From: Macrostomum lignano
Taxonomy: Eukaryota
Length of the DNA stretch: 64,000 bases
Direction of reading: 5' to 3'
NCBI GenBank assembly: GCA_002269645.1
Contig: NIVC01000350.1
Span: 62,001 to 126,000 of the forward strand
Of the stretch, positions 26,607 through 38,865 are shown piece after piece; the first letter of the stretch is position 1; each line of letters begins with the position of its first letter. A program made the translations under genes and the position numbers. Under the pieces are notes generated by a model. The model saw only the letters and a list, made by a program, of their open reading frames with translations, did no database searches and was not told the origin of the DNA.

Positions 26607-27715
26607 CATAAAAGAAGCGCCATGTCAAACATAAAAGTGGCACCATGTCAAACATAGAAGAGCCACCATGTCAAACATAAAAAAGCCACCATGTCAAACA
26701 TAAAAGAGCCAACATGAAGAACATTAAAGAGCCACCATGACAAACATAAAAGAGCCACCATGTCGAACATACAAGAGCCACCATGTCAAACAAAAAAGAG
26801 CCACCATGTCAAACATAGAAGAGCCACCATGTCAAACATAAAAATCCACCATGTCAAACATAAAAGAGCCAACATGAAGAACATTAAAGAGCCACCATGT
26901 TAAACATAGAAGAGCCACCATGTCAAACATAGACGAGCCACCATGTCAAACATTAAAGAGCGATGTCGAACATTAAAGAGCCACCATGTCGAACATAAAA
27001 CAGCCACCATTTCGAAAATTAAAGAGCCGCCATGTCAAACATTAAAGAGCCACCTTGTCAAATATTAAAGAGCCACCATATCGAACATTAAAGAGCCACC
27101 ATGTCGAACATAAAAGAGCCACCATGTCGACCATTAAAAGAGCCACCATGTCGAACATACAAGAGCCACCATGTCAAACATAAAAGAGCCACCATGTCAA
27201 ACATAGAAGAGCCACCATGTCAAACATTAAAGAGCCACCATGTCAAACATTAAAGAGCCACCATGTCAAACATAATAGAGCCAACATGAAGAACATTAAA
27301 GAGCCACCATGTCGACCATTAAAAGAGCCACCATGTCGAACATACAAGAGCCACCATGTCAAACATAAAAGAGCCACCATGTCAAACATAGAAGAGCCAC
27401 CATGTCAAACATAAAAGAGCCACCTTGTCAAACATTAAAGAGCCACCTTGTCAAATATTAAAGAGCCACCATTTCAAACCTAGAAGAGCCACCATGTCGA
27501 ACATAAAAGAGCCACCATGTAGAACATAAAAGAGCCACCATGTAGAACATAAAAGAGAAACCATGTCAACCCGAAAAGAGCCACTATGTCTAACATAAAA
27601 GAGCCATGTATAACATAAAAGAGCCACCATGTCAAACATGGAAGAGCCACCATGTCAAACATAAAAGAGCCACCATGTCCAACATAGAAGAGCCACCATG
27701 TCAAACATTAAAGAT
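26607..27715. repeat. 23-bp array (AAACATAAAAGAGCCACCATGTC), about 48 copies
   Basis: Period 23. Confidence 0.94.
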
Positions 27716-27809
27716 ATACAATTTCAAATATAAAGGTATAAAGCGCCATGCCAATATAAAGGAGCCACTATAAAGCTAAGGAAATTGTTGCACTAGCTAC
27801 TTATTGTCT

Positions 27810-28155
27810 GGTGGATGCTTGCTATCTTGGGGATGCTTGCTATCTGGGGGATGCTTGCTATCTGGAGGATGCTTGCTATCTGGGGGATGCTTGCTATCTG
27901 AGGGATGTTTGCTATCTGGGGGATGCTTGCTATCTGGGCGATGCTTGCAATCTGGGGAATGCTTGCTATCTGGGGGATGCTTGCTATCTGGGGGATGCTT
28001 GCTATCTGGGGGATGCTTGCTATCTGGGGGATGCTTGCTATCTGGGCGATGCTTGCAATCTGGGGGATGCTTGCTATCTGGGGGATGCTTGCTATCTGGA
28101 GGATGCCTGCTATTTGGGGGATGCTTGCTATCTGGGGGATGCTTGCAGTCTTGGG
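27810..28155. repeat. 18-bp array (GGATGCTTGCTATCTGGG)
   Basis: Tandem units. Confidence 0.94.
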
Positions 28156-28301
28156 ATGATTTATTATTGCAATGCACCTCATTTGAGCAGTTTGTCTGTT
28201 GTCTTTGTGAAGGATTTTTTGGCTGTCTTTTAGTTACTTGTAAAGAACAGAGATTCTATCCAGATGTCCCCCATCGGGGGGCGAAGATTGCTAGTCCAAA
28301 A

Positions 28302-28625
28302 TCCTAAATTTCAAATCCTGAATCCTAAATCCTGAATCCCAAATCCTGAATCCTGAATCCCAAATCCAAATCCTAAATCCCAAATACTGAATCCCAAATC
28401 CTGAATCCCAAATCCTGAATCCCAAACCCTAAATCCGAAATCCTAAATCCCAAATCCTGAATCCCAAATCCTGAATCCCAAATCCTGAATCCCAAATCCT
28501 GAATCCCAAATCCTGAATCCCAAACCCTAAATCCCAAATCCTAAATCCCAAATTCTGAATCCCAAATCCTAGCCTTAAATCCTAAATCCTAAATCCCAAA
28601 TCCTAAATCCCAAATCCTTAATCCC
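28302..28625. repeat. 14-bp array (AATCCCAAATCCTG), second locus
   Basis: Tandem units. Confidence 0.9.
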
Positions 28626-28671
28626 TAATTCAAGGTCGGACCACTTGGTTAAAAAGACTACCACAACGTAC

Positions 28672-28776
28672 CGCTCTCTGTCCGCCTCCCAGAGTTTGTT
28701 GTCTTCATCTCGTGATTGATTTCATAGCTGGAAACTCCGTCTCCGGTCAGCGGGTTGGCCCTGCTGTGCTGCCGCT
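28672..28776 (-). CDS. NPxTG-repeat gene, exon 4 (105 nt): ERQHSRANPLTGDGVSSYEINHEMKTTNSGRRTES
   Basis: ctgaccctcag| ... |gtacgt; phase 1-1. Confidence 0.78.
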
Positions 28777-28974
28777 CTGAGGGTCAGCCGCCAGTTGTAT
28801 TTGGCTCATGAAATCGACTCGCGTCTTCGATCGTGTTTCTCGTGACTTTTATTTATTGTACATTTTGTGTATTGATCAATCTCAACCCCTCACCATTCAC
28901 CCATTGAATATTTATTGTCAGAAAATTTAAACTCGCGTCAAGGCAAGGTCAGAGGGCGAAATCAGGCAATCGCA

Positions 28975-29688
28975 ACCCGATTCATCAACCAAACCCCAAA
29001 CTATCAGCCAATCGCAACCCCTCATCAACCGAACCCCAAACTCTCAGCCAATCGCAACCCCTCATCAACCGAACCCCAAACTCTCTCAGCCAATCGCAAC
29101 CCCTCATCAACCGAACCCCAAATTCTCTCAGCCAATCGCAACCCCACATCAACCGAACCCCAAATTCTCTCAGCCAATCGCAACCCCACATCAACCGAAC
29201 CCCAAATTCTCTCAGCCAATCGCAACCCCACATCAACCGAACCCCAAATTCTCTCAGCCAATCGCATCCCCTCATCAACCGAACCCCAAATTCTCTCAGC
29301 CAATCGCAACCCCTCATCAACCGAACCCCAAATTCTCTCAGCCAACCGCAACCCCTCATCAACCGAACCCCAAACTCCCTCAGCCAATCGCAACCCCTCA
29401 TCAACCGAACCCCAAACTCCCTCAGCCAATCGCAACCCCTCATCAACCGAACCACAAACTCCCTCAGCCAATCGCAACCCCTCATCAACCGATCCCCAAA
29501 CTCTCTTAGCCAATCGCAACCAAATTTATCACCCAAACATCAAAATCTCAGTCAATGGCAAACCATCACCAACCAAACTGCAAACTATCAGCCAATCGCA
29601 ATCCTTCATCAACCAAACCCAAAACTCTCAGCCAATCGCAACCCCTCATCAACCGAACTCCAAACTCTCAGCCAATCGCAACCCCTCA
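28975..29688. repeat. 40-42-bp array (CAGCCAATCGCAACCCCTCATCAACCGAACCCCAAACTCTCT)
   Basis: Tandem units; one more partial unit lies near the exon-3 donor (about 29905-29940). Confidence 0.93.
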
Positions 29689-29945
29689 TTGTAGTGCTCA
29701 TGCGAGCCCAATTTATATGTACATCGGCCTTGCGTACAATTCATGCACTTCAAGTGCGGCGATTCTCCACCCCCCACTCTGGTGGCGTGATTTTATTCCA
29801 TAGTCTGAAAATAAATAAATATCGATCAGCCCACCTAGCAGGGCTTCACCTTTCGTCTCAGCACACTCCGGCTCTTCTTACTATAGCCATTACACTTATC
29901 AACCAGACCTAAACTCCCAGCCAATCGCAACCCCTCCAATCTCAC

Positions 29946-30038
29946 CATTGGTCAGCGGCCTCTGCCTGCCAGCATATCCGTATATCGGATCCCACTCAAC
30001 TCCAAAATCGCCACTCCCAGATATGACGTCTCTATGAG
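29946..30038 (-). CDS. NPxTG-repeat gene, exon 3 (93 nt): SHRDVISGSGDFGVEWDPIYGYAGRQRPLTN
   Basis: cccatttcag| ... |gtgaga; phase 1-1; degenerate motif DPIYG; both junction codons are sense. Confidence 0.7.
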
Positions 30039-30334
30039 CTGAAATGGGAAATTAGTTGCTGCGCAAATTTGTTCTTTTTCGTTTTTTTCTCTGCACCTGC
30101 CCACCCCCGTCCCCCTGAAAACACACATTGTTGGATCCGTGTCTTCCCAGGCCGCCCGTTGGGCCGCAGATCTTCGGGATAATCCGCAGAGCCGCCACTC
30201 AGATTCAGCGGGCTGTCAGGTGCGAGTCGGAGAGGGTGGATAAAATTATGGGTTTCACTGGCCCATTCTCTATGCTCTTGAATTTATGGGAACTCTAAGT
30301 AGAGATTTTAGATATTTTTTTGAGTAGCTCTCTT

Positions 30335-30955
30335 GGGAAACCGCAAATGGGATCTTCGGTAACCAACAGATGGCATCTTCGGTAAGCAACAGATGGGATC
30401 TTTTGAAACTACAGATGGAATCTTTGGAAACAACAGATGGGATCTGCGGAAGCTACAGATCGAATCTGCGGGAACTACAGATGGGATCTTTGGAAACAAC
30501 AGATGGGATCTGCGGAAGCTACAGATAGAATCTGCGGAAACTACATATGGGATCTTTGGAAACCACAGATGGGATCTGCGGAAGCTACAGATCGAATCTG
30601 CGGGAACTACAGATGGGATCTTTGGAAACAACAGATGGGATCTGCGGAAGCTACAGATAGAATCTGCGGAAACTACATATGGGATCTTTGGAAACCACAG
30701 ATGGGATCTGCGGAAGCTACAGATAGAATCTGCGGGAACTACAGATGGAGTCTTCGGAAACCGCAAACGGGATCTTTGGAAACCACAGATGGGATCTTCG
30801 GTAACCAACAGATGGGATCTATGGAAACTACAGATGGGATCTTCGGTAACCAACAGATGGGATCTTTGGAAACTACAGATTGGATCTGCGGAAGCTACAG
30901 ATAGAATCTGCGGAAACTACAGATGGGATCTTTGGAAACCACAGATGGGATCTTG
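30335..30955. repeat. 22-bp array with a 66-bp (3-unit) higher-order period
   Basis: AGATGGGATCTTTGGAAACAAC / AGATGGGATCTGCGGAAGCTAC / AGATAGAATCTGCGGAAACTAC cycling. Confidence 0.92.
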
Positions 30956-31003
30956 GAATCCCCAAATTTGGGAACCGGCAAAATGACCCCTCGCCTGACT
31001 CAC

Positions 31004-31087
31004 AGTCCTTCCTTTTCGAATCCACCCGAGAGAACAGCTTCACCTCGGCTCCAAGATTTCCCTCTCCCAGAATGGGATTCCGATCGT
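31004..31087 (-). CDS. NPxTG-repeat gene, exon 2 of those found (84 nt): DDRNPILGEGNLGAEVKLFSRVDSKRKD
   Basis: cttgcag| ... |gtgagt; phase 1-1. Confidence 0.78.
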
Positions 31088-31226
31088 CTGCAAGTTGAAG
31101 AAATGTTTGGTTACCTTTTTCAGTTGACAATTGGAAATTTTAGGTTGAAGCATTCAAAATTTTAGCAGATGAAGCCATAAGAGCTTGGGCAATCAAAAAC
31201 ACCCTTGCCTCATACTACTAAGTAAG

Positions 31227-31930
31227 TAGCTAGCAGGGGACAACAGGGGGCTAGCAGGGGACAACAGGGGGCTAGCAGGGGACAACAGGGAGCTAGCAAG
31301 GGACAACAGGGGGCTAGCAGGGGACAGGGGGGCTAGCATGGGACAACAGGGAGCTAGCAAGGGACAGAGGGCTAACAGGGGACAGGGGGCTAGCAAGGGA
31401 CAGGAAGCTAGCAGGGACAACAACAGAGGGCTAGCAAGGGACAACAGGGGGCTAGCAAGGGACAACAGAGGGCTAGCGGTGGACAGGGGGGCTAGCAGGG
31501 GACAGGGGGCTAGCAGGGGACAACAGGGGGCTAGCAGGGGACAACAGGGGGCTAGCATGGGACAGGGGGGCTAGCAGGGGACAGGGGGGGGGGCTAGCAG
31601 GGGACAGGGTGGGCTAGCAGGGGACAGGGGGCTAGCGGTGGACAGGGGGCTAGCAGGGGACAGGGGGCTAGCAGGGGACAGGGGCTAGCAGGGAACAGGG
31701 GGCTAGCAGGGGACAACAGGGGGCTAGCAGGGGACAGGGGGCTAGCAGGGAACAGGGGCTAGCAGGGGACAACAGGGGGCTAGCAGGGGACAGGGGGCTA
31801 GCAGGGGACAGGGGGCTAGCAGGGGACAACAGGGGGCTAGCAGGGGACAACAGGGGGCTAGCAGGGGACAGGGGGCTAGCAGGGGACAGGGGGCTAGCAG
31901 GGGACAACAGTGGGCTAGCAGGGGACAGGA
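31227..31930. repeat. 18-21-bp G-rich array (GGGCTAGCAGGGGACA[ACA]GG)
   Basis: Tandem units with dense G3-G5 runs. Confidence 0.93.
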
Positions 31931-32071
31931 GGGGGGCAATGAGTAGAAAATAAAAAGCAAGTAAACGAGTCAGTCAGTTGAAGAAAACATTGAAACTACA
32001 TAAAACTGCATTGTCGCAGAAGTGAGAATTTCTCTCAGCATATTTTATTGTATTATCGCCCGCGCGCTCAC

Positions 32072-32200
32072 CCCGCTCTCGAGTGGCCCTTTTTGTCCGC
32101 TCCTGCTGATAGCCAAGTGTCAAACCGTTTTCCTCAGAAGGAGTCGCTGTCGCTTTCTTGTTGGTTAGGCCGGTGATGGGATTCCGATCCTGATCGATGG
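32072..32200 (-). CDS. NPxTG-repeat gene, most 5' exon found (129 nt): IDQDRNPITGLTNKKATATPSEENGLTLGYQQERTKRATRER
   Basis: ctctgcag| ... |gtgagc; phase 1-1; the start-codon exon was not located. Confidence 0.78.
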
Positions 32201-33237
32201 CTGCAGAGTTTAACGAGTAAAGGAATTAAAGAGAACTCTTGCTCGTACCACTAAATAGGAAAATGGGGGAAAAGACATATCCACATTGTACATGCATATT
32301 TAATCTTTAATATTTAGCTTTCGTCAAAAGTTAGTCCAGTTTTAGTATATATTAGAGCTGCATAAGTAATATTAATTACTATATGAAGCGGCGGTTTGTT
32401 ATAATTAAACGCAATAAAAGACAAATAATTTAATTTACCTCGAGATCGGTTCATTTTCAATATCAGCGCGATGATGGTTGTAAATGAAAAATTTACGAAG
32501 TATAGAACTTTTATACTGTATGGGGTCTTTTACAATTCTCTAAAACTAAAACTGACACCTAGTAGTCTAGAAATTCTTATTTTATAGAGTTGAACCTCTA
32601 GCTCGTATATAAAGTATACACTTGGAAATAGTTCGTTTTTTTACAAAAATGTGCCGCTCTCTCGATTAATATTGGCTCACAATTGGTTAGAGAGGTGAGA
32701 AAGGAGAAGTGTGAAAAAGCCTCATGCGGAGCACGGGGGGGGGGGCGGCAGCAGTTGGAAAACTTTAACAGTGTGGCTTTGAGAGTGAGCTTCGCGGGAA
32801 ACAGCTGGAGAGCAGGCTCTTACATGTACATGCGGTAATAGTGGTCTAGTGAAGGTACATGTTAGTTGGAGGAAGTGGAGACTGCATGGGGAAACAACTA
32901 AATTATATGAGCTGCTACAGGCATGGTATAATTGCTGCAATCGAGTCATTGAGTATCGTATCGAAGAAAAAGTCAGAAAACTTTGAGCTCAGCTTTTCAG
33001 AATGTGTATGTACATGTAAATACGCGCATGTAATACATGCACATTTTGCTTGAAGAATTAAACATATTTATATGGCATGTTGAGTGCATTTTCTTCCTAA
33101 AAATTTAAATTTATACACAGATTTTAGATTGTGTACATAAGTTTGTTCGGACACGTACATGTACATGTATACATGCGCCTATTTTTAGTTCGACAGCATA
33201 ATTAACCTCAGATGCTTTTACGTACATCAAATCACAG

Positions 33238-35490
33238 ACAACAACAATAACAACAACAACAACAACAACAACAACAGAATACACATTCATCGTTACATGT
33301 AGGGCGCGCCTCAGGGCCAGGTCGCGAATGAACGCCACACCGCCGGCCGAATCCGGGGCGCCGGCGTCCGTCAGCAGGCAGTCGACGAAACGCAGAGTGC
33401 GGGCCTGCCCCCGCCGGTAAAGGTGCCTGCAGTGTTAGCAGCAGCACTTCCTGCACCGGCTCGGGGCAGTACGACTCGGCGCGGATGATGTGGCCTACCA
33501 GCTGGAGTCGCTGACGGCGCAACAGGTCGCTTGGACGGACCAGGCCGGCGCGGCGATACAAAGCCGCGCTGGTCACTCGCTCGTAGCCGATCCTGAAGGC
33601 GGCGCGCAGCAGGCCAGCATGCGCCGCATCAACTTGTTGTTCGAGCGACTCCGTCAGCGTCCAGGTCTCGGCGTTGTACAGCAGGTCGGTCTCGATTACC
33701 GCCTGGAAAAACGCTGCCCTCTGGCGGTCAGGTAACTGCAGGACTGCAGGACTGCCCTCACAGAACGAAAGGCAGCCCAGGCAAGCCCGCGGCGACGCCG
33801 CAAATCCTCGTGGACGCCGGGAACCAGACTGCCGAGGTAGACGAACTGCTGACAACGCGGAAACTGTGTCGCCTGTCCATCAGCACCTCAGCACAAAATT
33901 GCAGCCTTGATGTCGTCCGGCACGCAGAGCACGACGGTCTTCTGCGTGTTGACAACCAGGCCGACACTCGCCGCAACAGCAACTAGCTTGTCCAGTTGTC
34001 GCTGGGCGCCATCGATAGTTGAGGACAGCAGGGTGGGGTCGTCGGCGTAGCCAAGCAGGCTGAGCCGACTCTCCGATTGACGTCGACCCACGCGTCGCCG
34101 CAACAGAAAGCCATCGTCGTTGGTAGGAAGAGCGGTCCGCAGCACCCAGTCAAGCACCAGAACGAACAGGAACGGCGCAGGCGTATCTTCTTGAAGCACT
34201 CCGGAGGATGTCTCAAAGAAGTCCGATAGGCCGTCCGGTGTTGAAACAGCAGCTTTCGTATCACGGTATGGTACATCGCCATGATGGCAGAAATCAGCTA
34301 CTCTGGCAGCACGTTGTACGCACGGAGCACCTTTGGGAGCACAGACCTGGACGACCGAGTCGAATGCCTTGTTGAAACCTATGAATATAACAATCAGGAT
34401 CGACTAGCGTATCCGTACTTCCTCAATTACTCGCCGAAGAGCCAGGATCTGCGTCACTGTGCCGCGATGGGGCCGGAAGCCGTTCTGCTCAGGACGCAGG
34501 TACTGATTCAGCACGGGCTGCAACCACGATAGCAGAATCGGGTCCATGAGAATTGCCCGCAGACGAATTGCCCGCCGAGATTTGCCCGCAGGAGATTTGC
34601 CCGCCGAGATTTGCCCGCCGAGAATTGCCCGCCGAGATTTGCCCGCCGAGAATTGCCCGCCGAGATTTGCCCGCAGTGCAATTTTCCCGCGAGTGAATTG
34701 CCCGCCGAGTTTTTTCCCGCCGAGGTTTGCCCGCAATGATTTTTTCCTGCAGCGCATTTGGCCACGCGGCAGATTTTTTCTGCATTGCCTTCCCAATGCT
34801 TTGTACGTGTTAATCTCAATAAAGAGATTTACACGATCAAAACGTTTTGATAGTAACTGCATATCAAATGCATATTTTGGGGGGAGCAATGTATAGACAG
34901 AATCTAGCTGCCAAATGCGCTGCAAAAAAGCATTGCGGGCAAACCTCGGCGGGAAAAAACTCGGCGGGCAATTCACTCGCGGGCATTTCTCGTGCTCCCA
35001 GCAGAATCCGGTTGAATAACTTCGCAGCGCAGGACTGAAGGCAGATACCTCGATGCTCCTCAAGCCTCGTGGTGCTCGGCTTCTTAGGAACTGCGACGAT
35101 ATGTGCGCCGTGATCCATTTGTTGGGTGCCTCCTCACCGAAGAGTACGCGATTCATCACTCTGGCGACCTCACTGGCCACATAGTGGATGCACAGCGCCT
35201 CAATGGGCACCTCGTCCGGATTCAGCGCTTTCCCGCCCGGTGACTGTTGGGCGAGCCTCTCACAACGTTGGCTGTGCTGACTGGTGCTAGGCTGAAGCTC
35301 TCTTCTGCCGGCAACGGCACCTCCGGCGACAGCGTCAGACTGTCTGGCAGCGGATGTGGCGGCGTGTTGACAATGGCGGCGAAGAACTCATGCAGCTCGT
35401 TCCTGCGTTCGTCCGCGGTGTCGCCTGTCAGGTTTAGCGGAAAGCTTTCGCCCCGTCAAAGCATTGATAGCCGACCAGGCCACGCGGCTC
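33238..35490 (-). mobile_element. 5'-truncated, decayed RTE-type LINE (RT domain), second copy, interrupted by a MITE
   Basis: Peptides IVAVPKKPSTTRLEEHRGICLQSCAAKLFNRILL, LRPEQNGFR, LLGYADD and LLYNAETWTLT, with stops and frameshifts. (TTG)n tail at 33238-33277. Confidence 0.9.
34540..34999. mobile_element. 460-bp MULE-like MITE with a 9-bp TSD, nested in the LINE RT
   Basis: AGCAGAATC at 34531-34539 and 35000-35008. Imperfect TIRs GGGTCCATGAGAATTGCCCGC / GGGAGCACGAGAAATGCCCGC. TTGCCCGCCGAG subterminal repeats. Confidence 0.87.
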
Positions 35491-35491
35491 T

Positions 35492-36782
35492 TACGCTCTA
35501 ACTAAATCACGAACGTGATGGGTTTCGGCCTTTTCGGCCACCTTGCGGGAAGCCTTCGGGCCTCAGGTCTCAGAAATAAATCAATTAGAGTCCTGGCCCC
35601 CCACTCCTGTCAGATGGTCAGCCCCATGGTAGCTTGATCTGTGGCGAGCAGTCTAGGTCCTATAGCTAAGAGAGGGACAACGAGAGACAAGCAGGGAGAA
35701 TTTTGAAGGTAGAGATCAGCTAATCCGCAGATTAACTAACTCGCTGCCACCAGCCCGTGCCTCCTGGCTCACCAAACCGGGACTTTCGAAATCGGGCTTC
35801 CGACTAGAAGGGGCTTAGCGCTTACCTGCCAACTAGTGTCTTTTTGCTGTCAATCTCGAAGTCATAGCCGATGATAAGGGACATTGCTGGGACTCGATCG
35901 CATTGGCCATGCAGGTACAGAGGGGACTTGTGCAGGGGATTCTTGCAGTGGCGAGACTATGGGGTAGCTACATGTACTATTATATTGCTAAATACGAGGA
36001 GTTGTAATCCACAGTGACGGAATCGGCTTAGTGCTTCGCAGCTGTAGGCCCGGGATGATGCTGTCACAAACTTGGTAAATAACTAGCAGGTGCGATGATC
36101 TTAATCTTGATGATCGTAGCTGTCGACCGGGGGGAATTCGTCCTTGATGATGATGGGGGAAGTCGCGATCCGGGGATCAAGAGACGAGCTCCGGGGACCA
36201 GAAGTTGTGTACTTGACTCGAGCAAGTGGTTGGCTGGGTGACAGGTGACCGGCCAAGTTGAAGTCCGAGCGGGCCCAAAAAGCGCCGGTTTTATAGCCGC
36301 CAACTGGACCGCAATTTGTTATAATGGAACACCTCGACGCTGATTGGCTGAGCCGATTTGTTATAACTGACGTCAAATTTTCTGATTGGCTGAGCTTGTC
36401 TGATTGGCCACCCAAACTCACGTGACCAGAAGATCCTATCAGTTCCCTCGGGGCCCATAGCCTGCTGTTAGTAGCTAGCAAGTTTGGAGCCCATGTGCGA
36501 GCGTGAAATTTGGAAAAAAGTGCGTCCTCATTGTAGCGAGCAACTCTAGCTGGTTGTTGCGAGTGTTAGTTAGCCACTCAAAAAGGTGGAGAAATAGAAT
36601 GTGGCTGTGCCTGTATATTTATTGTCTGGTAGAACACAGATTCCCGGTTCATTGAGTGCGCGTTGGGATGTGCTCGAGCAGAGGGAAGTGGATAAGCTGG
36701 ATGGCGGTCACGGAGTGCAAACTAGGTGCCCGAACTGCCTGCTGCGCATGCTACACTCATCATACGCTCTAACTAAAACGTG
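35492..36782 (-). mobile_element. About 1.26-kb promoter-bearing cassette flanked by 15-20-bp direct repeats (solo LTR or Penelope-type pseudo-LTR; unresolved)
   Basis: TACGCTCTAACTAAA at 35492-35506 and 36763-36777. Inner termini TGATG (35517) ... CATCA (36762). Internal Pol II promoter. Confidence 0.5.
36289..36424 (-). promoter_or_regulatory. Compact Pol II promoter: E-box, 3 CCAAT boxes, CRE and TATA
   Basis: CACGTG at 36419-36424; CCAATCA at 36401-36407, 36383-36389 and 36341-36347; TGACGTCA at 36368-36375; CTATAAAA at 36296-36289. All in minus-strand order. Confidence 0.7.
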
Positions 36783-37629
36783 TATAAGAACTAAAATTAC
36801 GTGTCAGCTAATTAAACTAATCGTACTATATATTAGCCTTGTACTTGTATACAACAGTATAGACATTCTAATTGACCGCAATCGCCAAGGATCACTCTTC
36901 ACGCTACCCCTAAACCCCATGTAGACGTAGGATACCATAACTTAAGTTCTTACCCAGATGGTACATGTGGCTTGCTGAGCCAAAAGTGAGCCGATTTTTT
37001 TCGACTCAAGGCGAGTAGTGAGTGTTTTACGATAGAAAAGGACAAGGCGTGTATGTAAAAACTGTGATCATAGCATCCTCTCTAAGGCTAACTGCATTAG
37101 TTTACGCATTTTTCAAGCATAAAACAAAAATGAACGTTTATAGACTTTGTTGTATTTTTCCGGCTTTGAGACGTAATGTACGAAATTAATTGCGCGACTT
37201 TAAAGTCTCGAATTATGTATATTTCCGGCCGATATATGTCGATGTGACCGCGTCGTAGCTAATTCTTTCGAATTTAGTACGACTTTATATAAAAAAAGCT
37301 TGAACGTACTATTGTTAACACAGGCAATGCTTTCGCTCGCATTTTTTTCTATGCCACTTACTGGCTCATCGTCCCACTAACTAAAATAATAGTACTACTA
37401 GACTATGGTAAAAAATGTTTCTTAGTTTAATTGCTGCATACTTTAGTTAGGCTGCTTACGCTTCTAGTGCTATGTATGCTATGCCATCCCATGTAGTTGC
37501 GATTTTTTAATTTTATAATTTACTGATCTTGTTCACTACAAGTATTTTTTTGTTTATCTTGCTGAAAGTGAAAATTGGAAATAAGTTAGGCCTGTTGAAT
37601 TCATTTATTTATATCTCTGGTCTTAGTAT

Positions 37630-38249
37630 GGTATAAGACCAAGATGGCCACAACATTGAATCTCTTTGGCTCTGCTCTCTTTATATCATTAGGCCTAATT
37701 AGCAACATAGTAGCTATTGTTATATTAATTAATATGTTTTAATCAATCATATATTCATAAATACTGATGCAATAATAGATTTGAAACTAATTACCTATAA
37801 ATAATACAAAAACTTCAATCTTTTTCAGTGTTTATGCCAATTTATTCCCTATCATTACATCTATCAAATCTGTCTCTATCTGTTTATTAAGAAACCATTG
37901 CTACTAGGCCCTAGTAGGCCCTAGTCTAGGGCCTAATGCTATATGAAAATTAAGATAAATATACAACAAGGCAAGGTATTTATTTTGTGTTAGGCTACTT
38001 GCTTGGTGTAGTGAATAAATATATATAAAGTCAAGCTATAATAAAAGCTAAAGCCAAAGGAATGACTATAATATAGGGGCCTAATATAATACAATTCCAA
38101 TATAGTCATCTTTTTAGCATTTATTTCTCTAATTATTACCAATAGGAAATAAGTGAAATATATAGACCTAGGCTTATTACCCTGGTATTATCTATTTAGA
38201 CACTTAGAGTTGTGGCCATCTTGGTGTGTGGTCATCTTGGTCATGCACC
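37630..38249. mobile_element. 620-bp MITE with GG termini and an 8-bp TSD (CTTAGTAT)
   Basis: TSD at 37622-37629 and 38250-38257. TIRs GGTATAAGACCAAGATGGCCACA / GGTGCATGACCAAGATGACCACA. Confidence 0.85.
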
Positions 38250-38437
38250 CTTAGTATCATATATCATTTTTGACTTTTAGTATTTTAAGGGTAGGCCTAG
38301 CTATGCCAGAAATTTCTAGCATATATATTTGGGTTGGCAATTGAAAGTTGACATTTAATTGGTGTAGCATATCATATTCAATATAAGAAGTCATAAAAAC
38401 TTGGCATATAGGCTTATTGCAGTAGGCCTAGGCTAGG

Positions 38438-38857
38438 GGCGCATGACCAAGACCGCCACATACCAAGACCGCCACAGCTCTTACTGACTATTGGAATTGA
38501 GGGGAAGCTACCAATCTTCCAGCATTGTTATTGGTTATGATGGGTTGTGGAGTTAGATGAAGAAGAAGTGTCCTAAGATTGGTCACTAATAAGATGAATA
38601 AGTGGCCCAAAATGATTGCAAGTCAACCAGGGCAATTTTAACAATTCAAATTAAATGAAAAAAACAAGGAGCCTGGCTCACTCACCTACCTAGCCAGGCT
38701 AGCCTGCTCACCAGTTCCTCTCTCCTGGCCTTGTCTTGCTGGCTCTCCCCATCTCACCCCTCCTCAGCCCCATCCAATAACATGGCGAGCCAAATTCCTC
38801 CCTCCTAGCTCCCCCAAGTGTGGCGGTCTTGGTGTGTGGCGGTCTTGGTCTTACACC
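38438..38857. mobile_element. 420-bp MITE with related termini and an 8(-9)-bp TSD (AGGCTAGG)
   Basis: TSD at 38430-38437 and 38858-38865. TIRs GGCGCATGACCAAGACCGCCACA / GGTGTAAGACCAAGACCGCCACA. Confidence 0.85.
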
Positions 38858-38865
38858 AGGCTAGG

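Noticed and set aside
29690-29810. Possible extra NPxTG exon after a good ttttcag acceptor (DYGIKSRHQ...)
   Set aside because: Runs into a stop, has no convincing phase-1 donor and lacks the motif.
35510-35575. Hammerhead ribozyme on the minus strand (GGCC-GAAA-AGGCC-GAAAC)
   Set aside because: No CUGANGA core directly upstream and no stem I; kept only as a hint of element type.
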